32,000 bases of DNA from Propionibacteriaceae bacterium (GTDB lineage: Bacteria; Actinomycetota; Actinomycetes; Propionibacteriales; Propionibacteriaceae): positions 1,010 to 33,009 of the forward strand of contig JAIRQE010000008.1 in NCBI GenBank assembly GCA_031256725.1, given 5' to 3'. Under the pieces are notes generated by a model. That model did no database searches. It was not told where the DNA came from and worked only from the letters and a program-made list of their open reading frames with translations. A program made the translations under genes and the position numbers. Shown here piece by piece: positions 16,060 to 23,639 of the stretch (position 1 is its first letter; every line of letters begins with the position of its first letter).

Positions 16060-16761
16060 ATGGATTCACCGTATTCAAATACCCAAGGTCCCAGAAGATC
16101 TGCTCCAGGCCCGCAAACTCACCATGCGAGCCCTCCTCGTCGTGCCTATACTCCAGACGAAACCGAACCGATCATGGCTGGGTACACCTACACACCAGGT
16201 AACACCTCAGTACCCATGGACCCTGCTTCAGCCAGCCCGCTTGTACCCACCCTTGCGCCTGGTGACTCCATCACGAACTACAAACCCCACAACAGCACTG
16301 GGTGGATCATCACTTTAGTCGTACTCCTGGTTGCTGGCATCGGGGGAATGATTCTTGTGAACAATCTTCCCCAACCCGAGGTCATAGTTACTGAGACTCC
16401 TCCACCACCTACGAGCTATACCACTGAATCTCGTACCGGTGGGATGGCTTTCGCGGAGAAAGATCTGACCGGATATTGGCGGATCACTGATACCAAATGG
16501 GGCACGAGTGGTGTCACCCTCACCGTGGAGGTGATGGTTGACACAGGCATTCTCTTCTATGACTTCTACGCTTACGCTGTTGATGACCTCACGCAATTGG
16601 AGCAGATCCTGACCTCCCCCACCGACCTTATTCCTGGGTTTGTTGGCCCTGGGGAATCCATCACGGGTACAGTCACCTTTGAAACATCCCGTCAGTCTCT
16701 CCAACTCATCATGGTCAGTCGTGGACAAACACAATTATCAGCTTTACTGGTGGATGAGTGA
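16060..16761 (+). CDS. Single-pass membrane protein: Pro-rich N-terminal tail, one TM, C-terminal beta-rich ectodomain (DUF4352-like)
   Basis: TM WIITLVVLLVAGIGGMILV. C-terminal GESITGTVTFE pattern. Start ambiguous (TTG 16051 in the track or ATG 16060), and neither has an SD. Confidence 0.55.
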   Translation: MDSPYSNTQGPRRSAPGPQTHHASPPRRAYTPDETEPIMAGYTYTPGNTSVPMDPASASPLVPTLAPGDSITNYKPHNSTGWIITLVVLLVAGIGGMILVNNLPQPEVIVTETPPPPTSYTTESRTGGMAFAEKDLTGYWRITDTKWGTSGVTLTVEVMVDTGILFYDFYAYAVDDLTQLEQILTSPTDLIPGFVGPGESITGTVTFETSRQSLQLIMVSRGQTQLSALLVDE

Positions 16762-16866
16762 CACAAAACTGTCTCATTTCCTTCTCATAAACGCGATGCA
16801 GTGTGCATGATCCTTCAGCGTAGGGTAGCGTTACCTACGGGACCGTAAGTTAAGGGAGGTACCCAT

Positions 16867-18552
16867 ATGCTGAACTACGCACAGTTCTACCAACCAGGTG
16901 TGCCAACTCACATTGAGTTACCAACCACTTCACTCGCAGACATGTGCGAAACCGCCATCGCCCAATCCCCCGACCGTATCGCTTTAGATTTCTTTGGCCG
17001 GGCCACCACCTATGCCCAGCTTGGTGACCAGATTTCCAGGGTTGCCGAAGGCCTCAACCGTCTTGGTGTACGCGCTGGCGACAGGGTGGCACTCATCTTG
17101 CCGAACTGCCCACAACATGTCATCGCCTTCTATGCCATCCTAAGACTCGGGGCCATTGTCGTTGAGCATAACCCTTTGTACACCTCCCGCGAACTCCGCC
17201 ACCTCTTCGAGGATCACGCCGCAAGGGTTGCCATCGTTTGGGATGCCGCAGTCGAGAAGCTGCAACATCAACCCGAAGACATTGAACTGAAACACATTAT
17301 TTCGGTTAACATGCTCAGCGAATTCCCCCTCTCGAAGCGTCTTGCGCTCAAGCTCCCCCTTCCCACACTGAAGGCAACACGAAGCAAGCTCACCGCTAAA
17401 GTTTCTGGCACCATGGAGTGGAAGGACCTGCTCAAGCATCGACCACTCAAGAAGTCACACCCACGCCCCAAGGTGAGTGACATCGCAGCGATACAGTACA
17501 CCTCAGGTACCACTGGTCAACCTAAGGGTGCGATCTTGACCCATCTGAACCTTCATTCCAATGCCCGCCAAGGCAAAGCTTGGATGCCTGAAACCAAGCT
17601 GGGACACGAAGTCTTCTATGCCTTCCTCCCCTTCTTCCATGCTTTTGGTACCACAGTCCTGTTGGTGTACGGCATCCTCCAGCAGGCTCGCATCCATCTC
17701 TTCCCCACCTTTGACCCCAGTCTTGTCCTCGCCGCCGCCAAGAAGGATCCACCAACGGTACTCGTCGGTGTACCTCCCATCTTTGAAGCCCTTGCTATTG
17801 CGGCAAAGAAGCGAAAAATCTCCTTCAAGACCGCGAAATTCTGTCTGTCTGGTGCGATGAGTCTGCCCCAATCCACGATGGAGTCCTGGGAGACGATTGC
17901 TGGAGGGTACCTCGTTGAGGGGTACGGCATGACCGAATCCTCTCCAGTCAGTCTCGGCAACCCCTTCCACCATACTCGTCGTCCAGGAACAGTGGGTCTG
18001 CCTTTCCCGTCAACACAGATCAAGGTTGTTGAAGCCGACAATCCCAACCAAGAGGTACGCCAGGGCGAGCGCGGGGAACTCCTTGTTCGGGGCCCGCAGG
18101 TTTTCCAAGGCTATTGGAACAACCCGGAAGAGACTGCGAAGACCCTTCTTCCAGGTGGTTGGCTGGCTACTGGCGACATCGTGATCCAAGATCCTGACGG
18201 GTTCACTGCCGTTGTGGATCGAAAGAAGGAACTTATTATCACCTCGGGGTTCAATGTTTCCCCAACCGAGGTGGAGATCATCATGAAGTCCCATCCAGGG
18301 ATCGCTGATGCTGCCGTGGTGGCTCTGCCCCATCCCTATTCTGGCGAAGAGGTAGTCGCTGCAGTGGTCATGAACCCTGGGGAGACTCTGGATGTTCAAG
18401 AACTACGAACCTTCTGCAAGGCCCGCTTGGCTGCTTACAAAGTACCTCGTCGTTTCTTCCCAGTCGAGACTTTACCCAAATCGGTGATCGGCAAGGTTCT
18501 TCGTGGTCAGGTACGTACTGACCTTATGGGTGAGGCTAAGAAGGCCGAGTAG
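16867..18552 (+). CDS. fadD: Long-chain fatty-acid--CoA ligase (AMP-binding enzyme family)
   Basis: AMP-binding signature IQYTSGTTGQPKGA, then GYGMTE, TGD and the C-terminal lysine region GKVLR. Strong RBS AAGGGAGG upstream of the ATG. Confidence 0.88.
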   Translation: MLNYAQFYQPGVPTHIELPTTSLADMCETAIAQSPDRIALDFFGRATTYAQLGDQISRVAEGLNRLGVRAGDRVALILPNCPQHVIAFYAILRLGAIVVEHNPLYTSRELRHLFEDHAARVAIVWDAAVEKLQHQPEDIELKHIISVNMLSEFPLSKRLALKLPLPTLKATRSKLTAKVSGTMEWKDLLKHRPLKKSHPRPKVSDIAAIQYTSGTTGQPKGAILTHLNLHSNARQGKAWMPETKLGHEVFYAFLPFFHAFGTTVLLVYGILQQARIHLFPTFDPSLVLAAAKKDPPTVLVGVPPIFEALAIAAKKRKISFKTAKFCLSGAMSLPQSTMESWETIAGGYLVEGYGMTESSPVSLGNPFHHTRRPGTVGLPFPSTQIKVVEADNPNQEVRQGERGELLVRGPQVFQGYWNNPEETAKTLLPGGWLATGDIVIQDPDGFTAVVDRKKELIITSGFNVSPTEVEIIMKSHPGIADAAVVALPHPYSGEEVVAAVVMNPGETLDVQELRTFCKARLAAYKVPRRFFPVETLPKSVIGKVLRGQVRTDLMGEAKKAE

Positions 18553-18573
18553 TCCTCTTGAGAGCGTGGTCGT

Positions 18574-20163
18574 CTACAGACCGATGTCGAAAGAAATCAC
18601 GGAGTTCGACATGGATCCGACTCTGAAATGGGAACCTTGGGGAGCCTCAACGGGGACCTGGTAGACGAAGATACCTTGGACACTATTCCCTGGTTGAATG
18701 GTGAGAACCCAGAAGGTGTTCTTTGTACCATCAGGCGCAGAAATGGCCATGGTTCCATTGGGGTTCGGTCGATAGGCGACACCATCGCCTGCAGCCAAGA
18801 TCGAGTCAGAGACCACATGTACATAGGTCTGCGAGCCAGAGAAACTCATTTCAATGGGTACTGCAACAAAAACCATTCCAGGCGAAGGTGTCGTTGACCC
18901 AATCTCGGTGAGTACCTCTGCTTGATCAAGGACAGTGAAGGTCACCAATCCGGATTCGACCTTCATCGACACCGGCATACCAATGGGTACTAATGTTCCT
19001 GTTGGTGGCCTAGATTCTGGAGGCGGTTGATTCAAAGGCGACTCCACTGTGGAGGTACCACCAGGATTTGTTGACCCTGATACGGAAGAACCAGTACCAC
19101 TACTGCCTGGAGTACCTGAGGTGAGCATCCATGGCACCCCTCTGATGCCCACAAGAATTCCAGCAGCCACAGCTACAAGAATGGCGACAATAAAGAGTAT
19201 TACCAATCCTGGACTTACCTTACGCTGAGGTTTCTTCTTGTGCTGAGACTTCTTCTTGGGTTGTACAGGGGGGTGGGGAACAGAAGTCCGGTGCTCGCCC
19301 ACTGGAGGTATAGGTTCAGTAAGCATAGGCCAGGCTGGCAGTGGTACTTGCTTAGGTTCTTCCTGAGGCAGATCCGCCATAATTCCAGGAGGCCAGGCAG
19401 GTACAGTTTCAGGCGGCTGCAAAGGTTGATGGGACAGCAATTCGGGATATGACATCGGGATGGGGGAAGTAATCTCAACTGGTAATGGTTCTGGAATTAC
19501 TGACTCAGATGTCTCGGGAGCTGGTGACTGCGGCGTCACTCCTGGTACTGGAGTGGGCATCCATATCGGTGGCTGGTACTGAGTTTCCAGTGCGGGAGAC
19601 TGAGGCTCAAGGAGTTGAGGTGTCGAGGGCGGTACTGGCGCAGACTCCAAAGTTGGCACAGACTCTACAGTTACTGGATCTTGAGGCTGAAGTACCACTG
19701 GGGGTACTGTCGCTGTCTCAGAAGTTGCGGGTGCCTGAGGTGGCTGCGGCATGGACTCAGGTTGAAGAGGCTCAAGCGGAACTGAAGGTACCGATGTTTG
19801 AAGAAACTCGGCTGGAACTGAAGATTCTAGTGGTTGTGTATAGTCGGGGACCTGAGGAGGCTCAGGTGGTACTTCTGGACGCGGGCCGTAGTAACCAGCG
19901 TACTGACCCTCATTCAGATGCTGACCATCCGGCGGATACGGCCCAGGCGCACTGAGTCCTGGATAGGGGCTCGAACCAAAATCGGGTAAAGGCTCAGTCT
20001 GAATCTTGTGGGATTCCGCTGAAGACTCTGGTTCAAGGCGCGGATCAATCTCCTCCTTGTCTGGAGGAACTGTACCTAATGTAACCCATGCCTCCACTGT
20101 CTGGGGTCCATTTACAGGACTCTCGCTCACAAGACTAATCGTACCCCTGAAGATCGAAAACAA
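18574..20163 (-). CDS. Large Pro-rich single-pass membrane protein with a C-terminal DUF4352-like beta domain
   Basis: About 320 aa of Pro/Glu/Gln/Ser/Val-rich low complexity, a basic KKKSQHKKKPQRK stretch, TM LVILFIVAILVAVAAGILVGI, then a beta-rich domain (GNSVQGIFVYQVP). TTG start is uncertain. Confidence 0.65.
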   Translation of the reverse strand: MFSIFRGTISLVSESPVNGPQTVEAWVTLGTVPPDKEEIDPRLEPESSAESHKIQTEPLPDFGSSPYPGLSAPGPYPPDGQHLNEGQYAGYYGPRPEVPPEPPQVPDYTQPLESSVPAEFLQTSVPSVPLEPLQPESMPQPPQAPATSETATVPPVVLQPQDPVTVESVPTLESAPVPPSTPQLLEPQSPALETQYQPPIWMPTPVPGVTPQSPAPETSESVIPEPLPVEITSPIPMSYPELLSHQPLQPPETVPAWPPGIMADLPQEEPKQVPLPAWPMLTEPIPPVGEHRTSVPHPPVQPKKKSQHKKKPQRKVSPGLVILFIVAILVAVAAGILVGIRGVPWMLTSGTPGSSGTGSSVSGSTNPGGTSTVESPLNQPPPESRPPTGTLVPIGMPVSMKVESGLVTFTVLDQAEVLTEIGSTTPSPGMVFVAVPIEMSFSGSQTYVHVVSDSILAAGDGVAYRPNPNGTMAISAPDGTKNTFWVLTIQPGNSVQGIFVYQVPVEAPQGSHFRVGSMSNSVISFDIGL

Positions 20164-20235
20164 CGAATCATGTTTGAAATATGCATAACTACTTCAGAAT
20201 CTGCGTTGTTTCTAGTGAGTTATTAGCCCACAATG

Positions 20236-20336
20236 GACCCCGGATCGGCCGACGGGCTGGGGGGAAACCCGCCGGCCGACCCTCATGATCCCACAGGACG
20301 GATGCCCAGAGGGGGGGAACTGAGCAGTCCTTCACG
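20236..20336 (-). ncRNA. 6C-type small RNA (two hairpins with C-rich loops)
   Basis: On the minus strand: hairpin GCUCAG-UUCCCCCCCU-CUGGGC (plus 20304-20325, 7 C) and hairpin CGGCCGGCGGG-UUUCCCCCCAG-CCCGUCGGCCG (plus 20246-20278, 6 C). One stem pair is G-U only in the minus-strand RNA, which fixes the orientation. Confidence 0.6.
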
Positions 20337-20517
20337 TACGACGATGAGGTCGTAGGCCCCTCCGATGGTGGATCTCCCATCGGAGTCGCTGAAGATCAGC
20401 TTACCATACACAATCGATTGACTCAAAGCATTGTGGAAATCGCATGAACCATTGCATACAGCCCGGAGACTAGGACTAGAATGTCCTCAAGCAGATTTCG
20501 ATCACCTGGGGGGTGAC

Positions 20518-21573
20518 ATGCCAACTCGCGTTAGTCAACGACCCACGCAGCGACAAATTGCTGCCCAAGTGGGGGTAAGTGTAACCACCGTTTCTCGGAT
20601 TCTTAATCCAGAAGAGACCCATCCAGAACGATGGGCCTCCCCAGAAACCGTTGAAGCGATCCGAAAAGCCGCCTCCGACTTAGGTTATCGACGAAATGCG
20701 CTAGCAGTGTCACTTCGTACCTCCCGATCCCAAACTGTCGGTGTCCTACTGCCCATGATCGGGGACTATGTTCTCGCCACAATCTTTGCGGGAATTGATG
20801 AGGTTGCTCGCGAGAATGGCGTCATGGCCATCACAGCATCCACCCTTGATGAACCAGCTTTGAGAGCAGAGCGTACCTTCAAGATGCTTGACCATCTTGT
20901 TGATGGGATGATCTTCGCTGATGCCCACCTGGATGAGCATTTCCTTGATGGTATCGAGGCTCAGCGCGTACCCTTCACCCTCGTACACCGCCGCCACTCA
21001 CGACACATCTCTGTTACTGCAGATGATCGAGCTGCCGGACGAATGGCTGCCGAACATCTCATCAGTCTTGGAAGAACCCGCCTAGCCATGGTCACTGGAC
21101 GCCGGTACATGTCCACGGGTACAGATCGAGTCGAAGGCTTCGTTTCAGCCGCTCTTGAGGCTGGATTGCCTGAACCAACGATCTACGACAATGGTTTTAC
21201 AGTACGTGCAGGCCGCGATGCTGCTGTGGCGATGCTTGCTCGACCCCCCTATCCTGATGGACTATTCGCCTTCCATGATCTGGCGATCCTCGGAGCAGCA
21301 AGCGTCTTCCGCCACCATGGATTGCGAGTACCTGATGACATCGCCACTGTGGGATTCTATGACTCCCCCATGGCTTGGGCCTCTGACATGACCTCCATTG
21401 GAGTGAACCTCCAAGATATGGGTCGTCGATCCCTGGAATTACTCCTAGATCGCCTATCGGGCAAACCTATAGAGTCGGAAGTCTTCCCAGTGACCCTCAC
21501 GGTACGCCACTCCACCGATCCTTCGCGGCCCGTGGGATCCCCCATGGAAGCCCCCATCGCCAGAGCCCTTTAA
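20518..21573 (+). CDS. LacI-family transcriptional regulator (orphan; no adjacent sugar genes)
   Basis: HTH PTQRQIAAQVGVSVTTVSRILN plus sugar-binding-type core (VGFYD). Start moved to ATG 20518, which is preceded by GGGGGG; the track TTG start at 20431 adds 29 unlikely residues. Confidence 0.85.
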   Translation: MPTRVSQRPTQRQIAAQVGVSVTTVSRILNPEETHPERWASPETVEAIRKAASDLGYRRNALAVSLRTSRSQTVGVLLPMIGDYVLATIFAGIDEVARENGVMAITASTLDEPALRAERTFKMLDHLVDGMIFADAHLDEHFLDGIEAQRVPFTLVHRRHSRHISVTADDRAAGRMAAEHLISLGRTRLAMVTGRRYMSTGTDRVEGFVSAALEAGLPEPTIYDNGFTVRAGRDAAVAMLARPPYPDGLFAFHDLAILGAASVFRHHGLRVPDDIATVGFYDSPMAWASDMTSIGVNLQDMGRRSLELLLDRLSGKPIESEVFPVTLTVRHSTDPSRPVGSPMEAPIARAL

Positions 21574-21983
21574 AGGTACAACCCTGCGTGCTCCTCATCG
21601 AGACGGGTCGTTGCAACCGCATGAAGGTCGCGTTCCCTCAAAAGAATGTAAACCTCAGCTCTCAATTCAACCTCGGCAACCTCGTCAGGGTTGAAAAGGA
21701 CACGATCCCCCACCTTGACCGACCGTACATTCGGGCCCGTGGCCGCAACAGTTGCCCATGCAAGACGGTGACCCATCTTCACGGTTGCGGGGATGAGAAT
21801 CCCTCCACCTGAGCGGCGCTCCCCCTCAGTTTCCGAGGACACCAGAATGCGGTCATGAAGCATGTGAATGGGCAAGGGCTCAGCGGGAGCCTTCTTCGAT
21901 GCTTTCGGTCGCTGGGTGGGTTCCGACTGTGTTTCTTTCGTTGTATCACTCACGTCAAGGGGCTCACTTTTTAGCCAAAACAA
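21570..21983 (-). CDS. GroES/Cpn10-family-like protein with a Lys/Pro-rich N-terminal extension (start uncertain)
   Basis: Core MLHDRILVSSETEGERRSGGGILIPATV...VKVGDRVLF matches the Cpn10 pattern. Candidate starts are TTG 21983, GTG 21953 and ATG 21863. Confidence 0.55.
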   Translation of the reverse strand: MFWLKSEPLDVSDTTKETQSEPTQRPKASKKAPAEPLPIHMLHDRILVSSETEGERRSGGGILIPATVKMGHRLAWATVAATGPNVRSVKVGDRVLFNPDEVAEVELRAEVYILLRERDLHAVATTRLDEEHAGLYL

Positions 21984-22266
21984 TCACTGCAAGAACAGCA
22001 ACAGCAACACCAGCAGCTGCTACGGGTACAGGCTTCCACCCCGAGTCGTCTTTGAAAAAGCTCATAACAAGATGTCCCGTGTCCTTGAGTTTTTCCTTAC
22101 CCTTGTCTATCCCCTGCTTCACTTTGCGTTTATTCTCCTGAATAGCACGATGGGTGACCGCACGAGGATGAACCTCAGTTATCAATTGGGAGATATTCTC
22201 GGCAAGACGTTGCCGGGCATCGGCGAGATCCCGCTCAATAGCTTCCGCTGTACGCTCTAATGCCAT
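21964..22266 (-). CDS. Small coiled-coil protein with C-terminal TM anchor (DUF3618-like)
   Basis: N-terminal helical ERTAEAIERDLADARQRLAENISQL. C-terminal TM PVPVAAAGVAVAVLAVIVLAKK. Confidence 0.5.
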   Translation of the reverse strand: MALERTAEAIERDLADARQRLAENISQLITEVHPRAVTHRAIQENKRKVKQGIDKGKEKLKDTGHLVMSFFKDDSGWKPVPVAAAGVAVAVLAVIVLAKK

Positions 22267-22336
22267 GATTCCTCCTTAGACTCGGCAGGACAAGTTTAGC
22301 GGTTTTCGAGAAACACTAGGGATTAGGGGCTACGAT

Positions 22337-22843
22337 ATGTATATGTCTGAATTGGTTCGCGGTGATGCTGCCCCTGATTTTCGTCTCAAGGACTCGCAAG
22401 GATCCTGGGTTTCATTCTCCGATTTCCCAAACAGGAAGCTCGTGCTCTATTTCTATCCCCAAGCACTGACACCCGGATGTACCGTCGAAGCGATCGATTT
22501 TTCACAGTACACCCCCAAATTCCGTGACGCGGGGTACACAATTATTGGAGTCTCCCCCGATGAGCCCGAAACCCTAGCCACGTTCATAGCCAAACATAAC
22601 CTCACCATCACTTTGCTCGCAGACCCTGATCTTGTGACCATTAAGGAGTACGGCGCCTGGGGTGAGCGTATGTTGTGGGGCAAAACCTTCACTGGACTCC
22701 TGCGCTCAACCTTCGTCCTTGAAATAGACGCCCAAGGCAAGGGTACGGTCGTGGATGCTCAATACTCCATCCGAGCCACCGGCCACGTAGAAAGACTGGC
22801 AAAGAGCCTAGGAATCTACGACCCTTCTGCGCGTGATGCCTGA
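22337..22843 (+). CDS. bcp: Thiol peroxidase / peroxiredoxin, Bcp type
   Basis: KLVLYFYPQALTPGCTVEA active-site motif. 168 aa. Confidence 0.9.
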   Translation: MYMSELVRGDAAPDFRLKDSQGSWVSFSDFPNRKLVLYFYPQALTPGCTVEAIDFSQYTPKFRDAGYTIIGVSPDEPETLATFIAKHNLTITLLADPDLVTIKEYGAWGERMLWGKTFTGLLRSTFVLEIDAQGKGTVVDAQYSIRATGHVERLAKSLGIYDPSARDA

Positions 22844-22866
22844 GCTCTGCGCGTGATGCCTGAGCT
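22827..22866. repeat. Perfect 20-bp tandem duplication CTGCGCGTGATGCCTGAGCT x2 spanning the bcp stop codon
   Basis: Copies at 22827-22846 and 22847-22866, read directly. The bcp TGA (22841-22843) lies in copy 1. Confidence 0.9.
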
Positions 22867-23146
22867 CCCTCTACACCAGCCAGGATAACTTCATCAACCT
22901 CAACTCCAGCGCGAAATACGGTTATCGACCCATCTCCTTCCACGATAGCCCGACCTGCCTGCGATAAACGCCCACTACTGCCAACCAGTTATACCCAATT
23001 GTTCCCACAGTGCTTCTTTCATAGACCTAGACTATCTATTTGATGGAATATCTTGATACTACATCTGTTGAGGGCTCTGGGACTGGGAAACCCTGGGTTC
23101 CCCATCTTGGTAGAGGAACGCGGTCTCTTGTACACTTGTTCAGCCA

Positions 23147-23228
23147 GCCGGAGTGGTGAAATTGGCATACACGCAGGTTTTAGGTACCTGTGCCGCAAGG
23201 CGTGAGGGTTCAAGTCCCTTCTCCGGCA
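23147..23228 (+). tRNA. tRNA-Leu (anticodon UAG), class II with long variable arm
   Basis: Acceptor GCCGGAG/CTCCGGC. Anticodon stem CAGGT/ACCTG with loop TTTAGGT (anticodon TAG). Variable arm GCCGCAAGGC. T-arm GAGGG-TTCAAGT-CCCTT. Discriminator A. CCA not encoded. Confidence 0.9.
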
Positions 23229-23329
23229 CCCATCACGGTAACATCATTCCATCACATTTACTCCAGATTCCGATGACGTCCATTCGATGGATATAGATTC
23301 GTAGTTACCGTACTCGTGATACTCTGCTT

Positions 23330-23598
23330 TAAACCGTTGATAGGGAAGTAAAACCGGTAGCGCACTTACAGAGAGTCAGGGATGCTGAGATCCTGACAGA
23401 AAGCGGGTCGGAAAAATGGGCCCTTGAGGGCTGAGGCGAAAGGCGCGAGCTTAGTAGTTTCAGACGTGTACTCACGTTACAGAGTAGAGATGTGCTAGCA
23501 TCTTAATGAGTGGGCAGCGTTCGCTGCCAAGCAGTGGTGGCACCGCAGGAGTTCAGGCTCTTGTCCCTGCAGAACAGTAGGAGACGAGGGTCTTTTTT
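23330..23598 (+). promoter_or_regulatory. T-box leader (tRNA-sensing riboswitch) with intrinsic terminator, upstream of the TrpB2-type gene
   Basis: Stem I AG-bay ACAGAGAG (23368-23375), followed by hairpin GTCAGGGAT-GCTGAGA-TCCTGAC. Stem III GGCAGCG-TTC-GCTGCC. T-box sequence AGTGGTGGCACCGCAGG (23533-23549). Terminator GGCTCTTGTCCCT...GGAGACGAGGGTC + TTTTTT (23556-23598). Candidate specifier UGG at 23417-23419. Confidence 0.75.
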
Positions 23599-23639
23599 CA
23601 TTCCCGCACTCTCCTGAAGGCTCGCGAAAGGAGAGAACA

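Noticed and set aside
16819-16839. Imperfect palindrome CGTAGGGTAGCGTTACCTACG upstream of fadD, whose core TAGCGTTA is the reverse complement of the ara operator core TAACGCTA
   Set aside because: Only 7 of 10 arm positions pair, and there is no adjacent regulator to tie it to. It could be a weak operator or hairpin, but the evidence is too thin to call.
19215-19960. Apparent repetitiveness of the Pro-rich region of the 529-aa protein, considered as a DNA tandem repeat
   Set aside because: I could not find an exact nucleotide-level repeat unit. It is compositional low complexity at the protein level, and the antisense ORFs here (19240-19452, 19485-19955) are by-products.
20189-20380. 63-aa minus-strand ORF
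   Set aside because: It overlaps the two C-loop hairpins of the 6C-like sRNA. The translation is Pro/Gly/Ser-rich with no RBS. The RNA interpretation explains the sequence better.
23019-23213. 64-aa minus-strand ORF
   Set aside because: It runs antisense through the tRNA-Leu gene (23147-23228) and has no coding features.
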